The notes: a model not told the origin generated them from the sequence alone. A stretch of 64,000 bases of DNA from Octopus bimaculoides (GCF_001194135.2 NC_068982.1:41781618-41845617); one strand, 5' to 3'. Numbered from the stretch's first letter, positions 36,631-49,347 are shown. Translations and numbers: made by a program.

Positions 36631-39543
36631 ATGCCATTTATTATTAATATTTATTTTTTTGTATTTCGTCTGTCTTCACATTCTGGGTTCAAATTCTGCT
36701 GATGTCACCTTTGCTTTTCATCCTTCAGGTAAATTAAGTACCAGTGGAACATTGGGGGTTGATGTATTTGACTAGTCCCCTTCCCTCAAAATTTCAGGTT
36801 TTAGTAGAAAAGATTATTAGTATTCATTCTTATGGTTTATAATTAGAATTAAAAGTGGAGTTATCTCCAGAAGGATTTGAATACATAGTGCTTTTAGATA
36901 CAAAACTGAATATTGTAAAGTCTTACATGATATCATTTCTTCTAACTTGTCCATCTACTTAAGACGCCAACATTTCAAAAAATTTAACCACCTGTGTATT
37001 TTTTCAAAAGAATGGCAAATTATTGAGTTATATCTGTATTTTTGCTATATCAGGATATTCATAAGCTTAGATTGAACCTGAAGACCTTTATTTTATGTAC
37101 TGAGTCTGCTATTCTAACAACTGGCCTTTAATCCTCAAAGATGGTTTGAAAGAATAACAATTAAAATTGTGAGTCAGCAGCACGTCCAAGATAAAGAAAA
37201 TAATCTGTAAAACAAGTTATACATTTCTTATTATAGCAACCAGAAAATTCAGTGGTTCATTTAACATCATCAGGATGAAAATTACTTTATTCTCACTGCT
37301 AGCTACCTGCAAAGAGATACTTTAGCAAAATATAGCTCACTGCTATGGTTACCCTGAACTCTTTATCATTGGAAAACATTTTGTTTCATGATAGTGCTAG
37401 ACATAAATACTTCTGCAGAGTACCGGAGAATTGGTAAATACTGACAGCTTGAAAAAAAGTAGATAAAAGCTCCAGTGTATTACTGGTACTTTTATCAGCT
37501 CTTGTTGGATGATAAACAGAATGAAACCCAGCATGGTGATATCCTCTATATTCTGACTACTCTAAATATTAGAAAACCATTCAATTTCTTATTCCACTAA
37601 TTCTGACAATTTTTACTGATTGCGTTATCTTACTGTAATATTAGTACCTGAATAAAGGCAGTGAGCTGGTAGAATCATTATCATGCCAGGTAAAATGCTT
37701 AGTGGTGTTTTGTCCATCTGTACATTCTGAGTTCAAATTCTGTCAGAGTTGACTTTGCTTTTTGTCTTTTTTGGGGGTCAATAAAATAAGTACCAATTGA
37801 ACTCTGGGGTCCATGTAATCATGTTACCCCCTCCCTCTAAATTTCTGGCCTTGTGCTAAAATTTGAAATCAATCTTGCAAAAATGGAGTCTCTACAAGAT
37901 TAATTCAATCTGCTAGAAATAACCATGAAATATCTCTCAAATTACAAACTACAATCTTGGAAAATGAGGAACACATTGGAAGATATAGTCCAAAATACAC
38001 AATACCCAAGGAGAGAATGAAAGGGTCATAGCAAGAACACTTTTAATCATAGGTCTGTTCCATTAGGTCTGACCTGGGGCTAAACAGCCACATGTAAACT
38101 GACATTTAACAAAGTAGCCTCTGTGTGATCTCTCAGTATGTTAGGAATAACAACCAAATCCTTCAAACCTCACCTTAAATAAAGAGGACAATGTAATCCC
38201 CAGTATTCAAAACAGTAGGATGGTCACAGCTGAAATGTCTGTAATAGGTTTGTTCGGTCAAGGCTAACCTGAACAATAATAACATGCATAAACTGAACAA
38301 AGAGCTTCTGTTACCCTGCTCAATATAACATTCAAATTTCAAGCATCTCATAAAGCAAGATTTCTATACATCTTAAATTTGCATAAAAACTTGTGGTGGG
38401 GCAGTTTAGTTTAATTGGTCTAAGAGCACTGCAACGCGTAATCACGGAGGTGTGAGTTCTAGTCTCATAGCTGGCCGCCTACACTTTTTTCTGCAAAATA
38501 AGGGTAGTTTATCCTGTTCAGGCTATATTATTAGCATTATCCTGTGTTTGAGAATTTAAAGATCACTTCTTTAACTTTATAAAGCTAAAGATTCCAGGTT
38601 TGAATCCTGGCAAGCACGAAAAAATATTTTTAGGTGAAGGAGTTGCTGTGTGGTAAGTAGCTTGCTTACCAACAACATGGTTCCAGGTTCAGTCCCATTG
38701 AGTGGCACCTTGGGCACTACTATAGCCTCAGGCTGACCAAAGCCTTGTGAGTGGATTTGGTAGGTGGAAACTGAAAGAAGCCCATCATATATATATATGT
38801 ATATGTTTGTGTGTCTGTGTTTATCCCCCTGCCATAACTTGACAACTGATGTTGGTGTGTTTACATCCTTGTAACTTAGCTGTTCGGCAAAAGAGACTGA
38901 CAGAATAAGTACTAGGCTTACAAAGAATAAGTCCTGGGGTTGATTTCTTCAACTAGAGGCGGTGCTCCAGCATGGCCACAGTCAAATGATTGAATCAAAT
39001 AAAAGAATAAAAGAAAAATGGTGTAATAAGACTAAAACATATCATTTTCATCAGTTCAGATCCAATCCAGTCCATATTGTTTATTTTGTCCAAACTTTCC
39101 AAAGAGCTGACTTTATTGGAATTAGCTCCCTTCCTTTTAAATTTTTTTAACCCCTAGAAGTTTTTTGTTTATTAACTCCTTGAATATTCTCAGTTAATTG
39201 AAGTTTTTCAAGTCAGTATATTGCATATGATAGACCCTTCCGTTATATTTTAATATCACTTTTCCATGCTTGCATGGGTCAGATGGAATTTGCTGGGGCA
39301 GATTTTTTTATGGCTGGGTACCTTTCCTGTCACCAACTCTCACTTGTTTCCAACCAAGGTAATATTTTCCCTTAGCTAGACATGTTTTTCAGGAAAAACT
39401 GGAAAAGAACAACCTTGTTAGTATGATGATAATGCTTATTACAACCACCACGTATTGTCTAGGTAAGGGTACACACACACACTCGTACACACATATAGAT
39501 ATCTTTCTCTCTCTCTCTCTAGATATATATATATATATATATA

Positions 39544-39972
39544 NNNNNNNNNNNNNNNNNNNNNNNNNNNNNNNNNNNNNNNNNNNNNNNNNNNNNNNNN
39601 NNNNNNNNNNNNNNNNNNNNNNNNNNNNNNNNNNNNNNNNNNNNNNNNNNNNNNNNNNNNNNNNNNNNNNNNNNNNNNNNNNNNNNNNNNNNNNNNNNNN
39701 NNNNNNNNNNNNNNNNNNNNNNNNNNNNNNNNNNNNNNNNNNNNNNNNNNNNNNNNNNNNNNNNNNNNNNNNNNNNNNNNNNNNNNNNNNNNNNNNNNNN
39801 NNNNNNNNNNNNNNNNNNNNNNNNNNNNNNNNNNNNNNNNNNNNNNNNNNNNNNNNNNNNNNNNNNNNNNNNNNNNNNNNNNNNNNNNNNNNNNNNNNNN
39901 NNNNNNNNNNNNNNNNNNNNNNNNNNNNNNNNNNNNNNNNNNNNNNNNNNNNNNNNNNNNNNNNNNNNNNNN
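39544..39972. other. assembly gap (N run) within (TA)n
   Basis: N run. Other gaps: 6667-6676, 41459-41667, about 50679-50765. Confidence 0.98.
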
Positions 39973-41117
39973 ATATATATATAATATAAATAAAATATAG
40001 ATATATGCATATATCCATACATATATGCACATACCTACATCTATATGTATACATACAGGCATATATGGGTACAGGACATTAAAAAAAAATGTTAAACACA
40101 ATGAGAAACGAAAACAGAAAACAAACTTTTTTCGAACAATGAAAAAAGCAAACAGAGAAACAAGACATGCAGCATAAAGAGTGTGTCCCTTCGTCAGTTG
40201 TCCCTGTTCCATCTACTCAGCATTTCGAAGGCAAAATGGGCTTCTTTCAGTTTCCATTTATCAAATCTACTCACAAGGCTATAATAGAAGACACTTGTCC
40301 AAGATGCCATGCAGTGGAACTGAACCCAAGACCTTATGGTTGGGAAGCAAGCTTCTTAATCACACAGCCATGCCTGCACCTATTTCTATTTTATATGCAG
40401 AATGCTATCCTGAGGTGTTTTCCCTTGGCTTTATTGTTGATATCAGCAATAAAACACAGAATAATCACAATTTTCCTTAAACTGAACACATTACTTTAAT
40501 AGCCATATTTTATGCGCATAACAGAATGACTTAGATTACTTCATTATTAAATCCCTTTAATGTTTACTGTACTGAAGGTGGCGAGCTGGCAGAATCGTTA
40601 GCACACTGGGCAAAATGCTTAGTGATATTCCATTCATCCTAACTTTATGAGTTCAAATTCCACTGGGGTCAACTTTGCCTTTCATCCTTTTGAGGCCAAT
40701 AAAATAAGTACCAGTTGAACACTGGGGTCGATGTAATAGACTCAACCTCTCCTCCAAACCTGTTGGCTTTGTACCAAAATTTGAAATCAATATTTACTGT
40801 ACTACCATATAAGGTGGTGATCAGGCAGAATCACTACCATGCAATATAAAATGCTCAGTGGCATTTCTTCCAACTTATCATTCCGAGTTCAAATGTTGCC
40901 AAGGTCAACTTTGCCTTTTGTCCTTTTGGATTTGGTAAAATAAGTACCAGTTGAGCATTGAGATTGATGAATCAACTTACCCTTTCTTCCACCAATTGCT
41001 GGCCTTGTACGAAAATTTGAAACCAATGTTGTGTGTAGTGTAGATAATATATTAAACTTAAGACAAGCTGACAACTATAGCATGAAAACTAATATTGGTG
41101 TTCTTTTGAATTATTGA

Positions 41118-41906
41118 ATGTGAATACCCGTCAGAGTGTAAGTATCTTGAGAGAAAAGCTGAACATTAGAAGCATCAGTTGTGGCGTGCAAGAGAGACGA
41201 TTGCGCTGGTATGGACATGTGGTGAGAATGGAGGAGGATAGCTGCGTGAAAAAGTGCCACACCCTAACAGTTGAGGGAACCCGTGGAAGAGGTAGGCCCA
41301 GGAAGACCTGGGCTGAGGTGGTGAGGCAAGACCTTCGTACATTGGGCCTCACCGAGGCGATGACTACGGACCGAGACCTTTGGAAATGTGCTGTGCGTGA
41401 GAAGACCCGGCAAGCCAAGTAAGATCGTTGCCAGTGCCCCTGGACTGGCTTGTGCGGGNNNNNNNNNNNNNNNNNNNNNNNNNNNNNNNNNNNNNNNNNN
41501 NNNNNNNNNNNNNNNNNNNNNNNNNNNNNNNNNNNNNNNNNNNNNNNNNNNNNNNNNNNNNNNNNNNNNNNNNNNNNNNNNNNNNNNNNNNNNNNNNNNN
41601 NNNNNNNNNNNNNNNNNNNNNNNNNNNNNNNNNNNNNNNNNNNNNNNNNNNNNNNNNNNNNNNNNNNGGGTGGCACATAAAAGACACCATTTCGAGCGTG
41701 GCCGTTTTCGTGCGGGTGACACGTAAAAGCACCCACTACACTCTCTGAGTGGTTGGCGTTAGGAAGGGCATCCAGCTGTAGAAACTCTGCCAAATCAGAC
41801 TGGAGCCTGGTGTTGCCATCCGGTTTCACCAGTCCTCAGTCAAATCGTCCAACCCATGCTAGCATGGAAAGCGGACGTTAAACGATGATGATGATGATGA
41901 TGATGA
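41118..41906 (+). mobile_element. young 5'-truncated RTE LINE (ORF end, 3' UTR, (GAT)n tail)
   Basis: Uninterrupted ORF end SILREKLNIRSISCGVQERRLRWYGHVVRMEEDSCVKK..GRGRPRKTWAEVVRQDL..REKTRQAK* (stop 41420-41422), N gap 41459-41667, 3' UTR, (GAT)n to 41906. Confidence 0.92.
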
Positions 41907-42011
41907 CTTGAGGGAAGTGTTAGTTGTTATTTATGCCAGGCCTGATAAAAGGTATTCTAGTATGACCATCTCATCATTTTTCTGGCCACAGTGTGTGTAG
42001 GACTAGATTAT

Positions 42012-42754
42012 TTAACCCTTTAGCATTCAGATTATTCAGTCAAATGTAAAAGGGGTAAAGATCCCCTTCGGTCATGAATGACCATGGGATTGCACCTAGA
42101 AAGTTACCCTCTGAGGCACAAGTCCAGGCAAGGTTGTTTATGGAAGACCAGAAGTCACCCATGCGTACCAGCTTTCCCTCTTCACGCTGCTGATGTTATC
42201 CAAGGGAAAGGCAAAGGCCAATACAGCTTGGCACCAGTAATGTCACAACTCCTTTTTACTGCTGAATAAACTGAACAATGTGAAATTAAGTGTCTTGCTC
42301 AAGGACACAACACACAGCCTAGGTCAGGGAATTGAATGCACTACCTTATGATTATGAGCCTAACACTCTAACCACTGACTCATGTGTCTTCTCATCAAAT
42401 GTAATGTTTATTTACATTGTTTTTGTATTAATCATGCATTAACTTGTTGTTCTGAAATTTTCACAATGTGATGGTTTATTTTTAGAATGATATTGTAGGA
42501 TAGGTGTAAGAGGCCAGTTCTGGCCAGTTTAACCCTTTAACATTCAGATTTTTCTGTCAAATGTAATGCTTATTTATTCATATTGTTTTGAAATAATCAT
42601 GCATTATCTCATAACTTTGAGAGTTCAATAATGTGATTGTTGCATTTTTAGAATGTCATTGTAGGGTAGGTGTGAGAGATCAAATCTGACTGGTTTAAAC
42701 ATAAAACAGATAAAATATTTGGGCCTGATATAGTTGGTTTGTATGCTAAAGGGT
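42012..42754. mobile_element. two adjacent family-1 TTAA MITEs; the first interrupted by a SINE
   Basis: First copy starts TTAACCCTTTAGCATTCAG at 42012, resumes at 42405 and is truncated at about 42530. Second copy runs 42529-42754. Confidence 0.75.
42050..42394 (-). mobile_element. tRNA-derived SINE (family D) with 10-bp TSD
   Basis: TSD TCAAATGTAA at 42040-42049 and 42395-42404; minus-strand head ..TCAGTGGTTAGAGTGTTAGG..CATTCAATTCC. Related copies at 55545-55870, 52770-52915, 26600-26762. Confidence 0.8.
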
Positions 42755-44991
42755 TTATGCTACCTCCATTTTCTTTTTATGGTAGAGTGCTAGTTGAGAG
42801 AGATTGAGCTACTATTTCTAGGAGATTAAATAACCTCATAGAGTCTCCCTTATTTGCCCTAAGCAAATACCTGTTTTGTGTTTTTGTGTAGCACTATACT
42901 TGAGGCTTTTATACTCATTTCCATCCTTCTTTATCCATATTTGGATGTGCTCTGTAACTTAGCTCCTGAATAGCATGCTAAAAAAAAATAAAAAGAAGTT
43001 ACAACCTATTTAGAGCATCAAGTTATATTTTTTTATTTCATTTTTAATGATAGATAATAGTTGTGTCATTGTTCTTAGTTGACAGTGGTGGGGGCAGCAG
43101 TGAAGGTGGTGGTGATGGTAGTAGTAGTAGAAGTGATTTGAATGTTGTTATAGTATAGTGGTGTTGGTAGTGGCAGTGGTGATGATTTGGGTGATAGCAG
43201 CAGCAATTATCAGGCTAGTATTGATAAGTGATGGTGAATGGGTGATGTTAATGATGGAAACAATGATAATAATAATTACATGGTGAATACATTTTAGGTG
43301 CAGTTTTTAGGTTTCAAAGCTATATTTAGCAGACCCCATCCAACCCTGTTTGATAATAGTTAAAGGTCACAAATACTCTTTGAGTAATTTTTGTAAGTTC
43401 TTTTCCATGGAAACTGAACATCAATTACATCAATATTTCCTAATATAGATCTATAGTGGATAAGATATTAAACTTTAGACAAGCTGACAACTGAGATATT
43501 GCTATGTATTTGCTATAATACTGTAAAAGCACATACATTTTCGATCAATGATCAAGACCTGTACTTACCACTAAATACCGTAAACTCAGTCGATGAAAGA
43601 TCAATGGGTTGTTATCATATCTTATCAATGCTGCACTAAGTGCAGGGTCTAGATGCTTAATAATATTTATGTGCTGATTCTGTTCACCTTACCCCAAATT
43701 AGCACCATGATTAGGTACAAATAAACATCATGATTGTAAGCTGTGGACACTGTTTAATTAACTTACTGATTTCAAATGCTGTTGTAAAGTCTTCACTATT
43801 ATACAAGAACTTGTACTGTAGTTCTTTGGTAGTTCTAATATATAATAGTCATTTTTTTAATATAATGCTTAAAGTGGATCTGATATAAATGTATCAACCA
43901 CTGAATAGTTATATAATAGGTGTGGCTGTGTGGTATGAAGTTTGCTTCCAAAACACATGGTTCTGGGTTCAGTCCCATTGCATGGTATCTTGGGAAAATG
44001 ACTTCTACTATAACCTAGGGCCAATCAAAGTCTTGTGAGTGGATTTGGTAGATGGAAACTGAAAGAAGCCTGTTGTATATGTGTGTTTGTTTGTTCCCCA
44101 TCACGGCTCACAACTGGTGTTGGTGTGTTTATGTCTCCATAACTTAGTGGTTCAGCCTAAGAGACTAATAGAAAAAGTGTCTGGCTTTAAAGAAAAAATG
44201 TACTAGAGTTGATTCATTTGTTACATTATTTACATTTGACGGATATTTGTCCTTGTTTGTTGTTAACACGTTTCAGCTGATATATCCTCCAGCCTTCATC
44301 AGGTGTCTTGGGGAAATTCCGAACCTGGGTTCTCATTCCTAAGTTATTTTTTGATGTTATTATTATTATTCAGGTCACTGCCTGGAATCGAACTTGGAAT
44401 CTTGGGGTTAGTAGCCTGTGCTCTTAACCACTACACCATATGCCTGTGGGCAATTATGGAGTGAATTTTTTAGGGCTTATAAATCTAATATTTTCCTATC
44501 CTTCCTTAATACCAGCTCCCATATGCTACTCATATCTGCACTCGGTCTGCTTAGGAGGTTGTTGTGTCCTAGCATATGTGCTGCTTCTTTTAGTTTTCGT
44601 ATTTTCCAGTGGTGTTCTCTGTCTATTATTTTAACTTCATCCCACAGGGGGAGGTGGTCTCCATTTTTCCATACATGATCAGCTATACGCGATTTAGAGG
44701 TAGAGGAACATCGCAAAACTGTGTCACGAGGAGATATTGATAAATCGGGTATAGCTGATCATGTATGGAAAAATGGAGACCACCTCCTCCTGTGGGATGA
44801 AGTTAAAATAATAGACAGAGAACACCACTGGAAAATACGAAAACTAAAAGAAGCAGCACATATGCTAGGACACAACAACCTCCTAAGCAGACCGAGTGCA
44901 GATATGAGTAGCATATGGGAGCTGGTATTAAGGAAGGATAGGAAAATATTAGATTTATAAGCCCTAAAAAATTCACTCCATAATTGCCCAC

Positions 44992-45066
44992 GGGCATATG
45001 GCATAGTGGTGAAGAGTGCGGGCTACTAACCCCAAGATTCCGAGTTCGATTTCAGGCATTGACCTG
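44992..45066 (+). promoter_or_regulatory. tRNA-like internal Pol III promoter module within the P1 3' repeat (mirror at 44371-44444, minus)
   Basis: A box TGGCATAGTGG (TGGCGTAGTGG in P2), B box GAGTTCGATT, anticodon-like loop CTACTAA; lies just after the Penelope ORF stop. Confidence 0.7.
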
Positions 45067-45138
45067 AATAATAATAATAATAATAATGATACCGAAAAAT
45101 ACCTTAGGAATGAGAACCCAGGTTCGAAATTTCCCCAA

Positions 45139-45184
45139 GACACCTGATGAAGGCTGGAGGGTATATAAGCCAAAACATTGTGTT
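45139..45184 (+). ncRNA. degenerate minimal type I hammerhead ribozyme (mirror copy 44265-44307, minus, with 3-nt deletion)
   Basis: GACAC-CTGATGA-A-GGCTG..AAGCC-AAAAC-ATT-GTGTT; G12 and G16.2 changed to A at former CpGs, so probably inactive. Confidence 0.65.
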
Positions 45185-45791
45185 AACAACAAACAAGATG
45201 AAGATAAATATCTGTCAAATGTAAATAATGTAATAAATGTACATAATTCCTCATCTTTTAAATATAGAACTGTAGAGTTGATTCATTCAACTAAAATTCT
45301 TCAAGGCAGTGCCCTAGCATGGCTGCAACCAAATGACTGAAACAAGCAAAAGAATAAAGTTTATATTTGCTAGTCAAAGACTATTCGTCATCTTTATCAT
45401 CATCATCATTTAACATCTGGTAACTGCCTGTTAAATGAGGATGGTGTCATACCCCAAAGTCTATTTTGCCATGGTTTCAATGGTTGGGCAACCTTTCGAA
45501 TGCCATGTATTGGATTATTATTATTTGCCATGGTCATCTTTACCTTTCTTCTTTTTAGGGTCAATAAAATAAAGTGCCAGTTGATTACATTGTTTGAGAT
45601 CAATGTAATCAACTCCCACTAAAATGGCCAGCCTTGTGCCAAAAATTTGAAGCCATTAACTTTGTCTTTTGTCCTTTCAGTGGGGTGATAAATAAATACC
45701 AAATGAGCATTGGGGTCAATAGTAATCAAACTACCCCTCCCCCAAAATTTCAGGCCTTGTGCATACAGAAGAAAGGATTATTATTATTATT

Positions 45792-47520
45792 TCTTCAATA
45801 GCTTCATACTAGTTTTTCCCGCACCACCTGATGCTGCAGGTGTTCTTTAGATGTGTATAACATTGTTTGTTCTTACTTTAGTGGGTTATGAAGGTGTATA
45901 GATTCCTCCTGTTAGTATACTGCACGATTTGTTTTATGGGGTTTAGCCTGTTGTTCCTTGAGTTATATTATCATTTGTTCTATTGTGTATAATAAGTTGT
46001 GTTATTTTATTGGGTATTAATTTTGTATAGTAAATGTTGCATGAGCTGTGTTGTTTAATATTATTAGGTGTTAATTGTATAGGGTACGGGTTGTGTGTGT
46101 AAATTATTCTATTTGATCTGTGCTATTGAATCGATAATGTCTTGTGCAGGATAAGGACCGTTCTTAGTAGAGTTATTTATTTTTAATGGTGTGTAGTATG
46201 TTTTTGTTCATATTTTTTTAGCCATACCTCATGCTCCACTTGTTATTGATAACAGTTTCACTTTCATGCTCTATATCTTAAATATTTCAATTTTAAGATC
46301 TTTGTATTTAACAGCTATCCAACTTCTTTTGGGGTAATATTTTGGTCAAAATGATGTGTGTTTTTTTTTTTTTATTATTTTCCAGTCCTTTATCATTATG
46401 GCTGGACAGTTATCCTTGATATTTTTGTCAGTTTGGACAAGCATATCCCAGGTGATTGTGGCTAGGTTATTGTGTGGTACCATGTTTGGTACATATTTTC
46501 ACATCTAAGTGTCGATATATTGCCCAATGAATATAGCTGTCAACTTAATCATGTCTGTGTATATACTGCAGCAAGCTTATCATGCCTACACTTTCTAAAT
46601 TGATCCTGAGTGAAGAATACTGGACACTCTGATGCAACCTGAGGTATGGTTTTATCTGAATTATCATACATTCTACATTCAGGCGAGCAATTCTGTTGAT
46701 TTATCATCCTCTTGATCCATTTTACCTTTAGAGCTGGTTCCTGTGCTGTCAAGATCATTTCTTCAGTATCCCTTTCTTAATCATAGCCAGTTATCTTTGT
46801 CATTCCTTATTTCTTCTGTGTTTTTGAAAAATGCTGACTAAAGCTTCTTTCCTATAAAGTTTGATTCCTCTTTTCTGCATTTTCCTGTTTTTTTTTAATT
46901 TTAATTTTTATTTTCAGGTTCTATGCATTCTGTACATAGTTCTTCACTTATAACCCACTTAAGGAGTGTTTTTTTCTCTCTCTTTTTCTTCTAGACTTGT
47001 CTTCTGTAGTTCTACTTCTGCAACAGTCTTTAACTTTTTTTCTCCTTTTGTTCTTTTTCTGTGTCACCATCTACAAGAGATTGGAAATGTATTCTGTGAA
47101 TCTTGAGTTGTCTTCTTGTTTTCCTGTTGCTGTCCTTCAACTCACCTCCTCTCCATTCAATAACTCTTGTTCGATATATTATTAGGGACTCTGCTTCAGA
47201 TTGATTGCTTGTATGATGTTTCCTGCATTTAATTTGGATTTTATAATATTCTTCAATCTGAAAATATTCATTATTGAAGATTTCCCTCTCTTCTATACTT
47301 TTGATATTGCCAATTTTCAGTATTCCCATATATTTATTATGTTTCTTTTGCATTTAATGATTTTATAATCTCATCATTTGGCAGGTCTTTGCCAATAGTT
47401 TTTTTATGATTTCCCCATTTCATCTCTATCACTGCATACTTTTTGATTTCAAAAGTCATCCCAATGTCATTACAAAATATTCTTACAGTGTGTGCTAAGA
47501 AATCCAGTTGGTTTTAATAA
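45792..47520 (-). mobile_element. R4/Dong-like retrotransposon 3' half (post-RT, CCHC knuckle, RLE endonuclease, 3' UTR)
   Basis: Degenerate motifs HTVRIFCNDIGMTF, KYMGIL, ELKDSNRKTRRQL, ILTAQEPAL..CRM..KTIPQVASECP..RHDKLA, WDMLVQTDKNIKDNCPAIMIKD, KYKDLKIEI, LLRTVLILHKTLSIQ*. The 3' end abuts (TAA)n at about 45778-45791. Confidence 0.85.
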
Positions 47521-49301
47521 ATATTCTTACAGTTTGCTCTGAGGAGATAACTTGGTGATATTTCTGGTGCTTGACATTCTGAGTTCAAATTCTCCAAAGT
47601 CAACTTTTCCTTTCATCTTTTCAGGGTCAATAAAATAAATTACAACTCAAGTACTAGGGTTAATCTAATTAACTTGTTCTTCCTCTTAAAATTGCTGGCC
47701 TTGTGCCAAAATTTAAAATGATGATAATTATTGCTTTAAAAATCTCCTCCATTGCACAAAGTTTGCAGTTGCATGGCCCAAATTTTTGAGGAGCTGGATG
47801 GTCTTCTACTTCTTGTAGCAAAAAAACAGAGTTCATATATTCAAGATACCTTTGCTATTATTTCCAAAATTAACAACTTCTGTAAGTATTGAAATAGTTT
47901 TGAAAACTGTTTTGTAGTAACCATGGATGTTTCATCACTTTACATCAACACTGACCATGATGAAAGGGTGAAAAACGTGTATGGACACCTTTGCAAAGCA
48001 GTTAGACTCTATCTAATTTCCCTTACAAATTACTGAAGTTTGTATTACAAAGCAACATAATGAAGTTGGGAGAAAACATTTACCTCCAGATGAAGGAATA
48101 TGCCATGGATATTTCATGACAGTTAATTTAGTTAATGTCTTTATGACAAAATTTGAGCTACAATTATTAGAAACATTTAAATCACTGCACAAATGAACTA
48201 CTCCTTTAGTTATGGTTCATTGATATCTTTTTTTGTTTGGGTAGGAATGCAGGATAGTCTAATTAAGTTTTTATATTGCTGTAACAGCTTTACACAAAAC
48301 TATAGCTTTAAGTCCAATATAAAAGTCTTGTTGAGTTATTCAAAAGCTAGTATTGACAGTTTGGCCATAAAAGTTAAGTTTTCTGAAGGCTACAAAGTCA
48401 CAAAATTATTTTGTAAATCCATGTAATCCCACATTTATCTTCACTGCCATTCCTATCATCCACACCATACAATTAAGTCAAATCCAAAGTCCCAAATTTT
48501 GAGAATAAAATGGATTTATACCAATGTAGGGGCTATATTAGCTTAATGGTACAGAGTACTCAGCCAATATCTGAGAGGCATAGGGTTCAATTCTCTGTAG
48601 CCACTTGCTAGCATCTTTTTGTATGGACTCAGAAGTGGCTTTGTGGTAAGAAGTTTGCTTCTGAACCACATGGCTCTTGGTTCAGTTCCACTGTCTGGCA
48701 CCTTGGACAAGTATCTTCCACTGTAGCCTCGGGCTGACCAAAGCTTTCTGAGTAGATTTGGTAGACAGAAACTGTAAGAAGCCCATTGTACATACACACA
48801 CACATGTGTGCATGTGTCTTTGTGTTTGTCTCTCCACCACTGCTGAACTTAGCAGTTCAGCAAAAGGGTTTGATAAAATAAGTACTGGGGTTGATTCATT
48901 TGACTAAAAATTCTTCACAGCAGTGCCCCAGCATGGCAACAGTCTAATGACTGAAACAAGTAAAAGATAAAAGGAAATTATTGGAAACACACAAATGATT
49001 TTGTGTACCATTACATCAAGCCACTATTATAGTGAATCATGATTGAAGGAAATGACAGCTAAAATTAAAGATGACTGCAAAACTTTCATGCTTAATTATA
49101 ACAAAGTAAAATTTATGGTTGAATTCCTTTAGTGATTAGCTAGCACTGAAATTTCCCTGGCATTTCAAAAGTGTTGCATGATAGTTATCAACATATTTCA
49201 CATAAATATCCTTCAGTTCTATATTTAAGAGATGAGGAATTATTTACATTATTTACATTATTTACATTTGACGGATATTTGTCCTCATCTTGTTTGTTGT
49301 C

Positions 49302-49347
49302 AACACAACGTTTCAGCTGATATACCCTCCAGCCTTCATCAGGTGTC
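49302..49347 (-). ncRNA. minimal type I hammerhead ribozyme, core intact
   Basis: GACAC-CUGAUGA-A-GGCUG(10-nt loop)CAGCU-GAAAC-GUU-GUGUU; stem I GACAC/GUGUU; G-U wobble at the base of stem II. Confidence 0.75.

Larger units (their letters stand above)
44219..45272 (+). mobile_element. 5'-truncated Penelope-like element with inverted 5' duplication (palindrome P1)
   Basis: TSD TAGAGTTGATTCATT at 44204-44218 and 45273-45287. Arms 44219-44696 and 44741-about 45235. Encodes the GIY-YIG-region C-terminus EEHRKTVSRGDIDKSGIADHVW..WDEVKIIDREHHWKIRKLKEAAHM; inserted in the tail of a CORE-like SINE. Confidence 0.88.

Noticed and set aside
39389-40212. Long ORFs in the track (221, 257, 188, 167 aa) and similar ones at 41.1-41.8 kb and 50.4-50.9 kb
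   Set aside because: They are long only because they cross N gaps. The many YI, CV, ER, II and HT-rich ORFs elsewhere are translations of microsatellites.
44992-45066. tRNA gene calls for this and other A/B-box heads (24101, 3180, 49428-49500, 50160-50233)
   Set aside because: No complete cloverleaf (acceptor and D stems do not pair properly), and each runs into a repeat body. They are SINE-type heads.
20330-47520. Four R4/Dong fragments (28.2, 34.1, 20.5, 46-47.5 kb) cover successive parts of the ORF, suggesting one scrambled element
   Set aside because: The 20.5-kb and 47.5-kb pieces overlap in the TVRIFS.DIGM region with different sequences, and SAPCD2 exons lie between the two plus-strand pieces. 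They are independent insertions.
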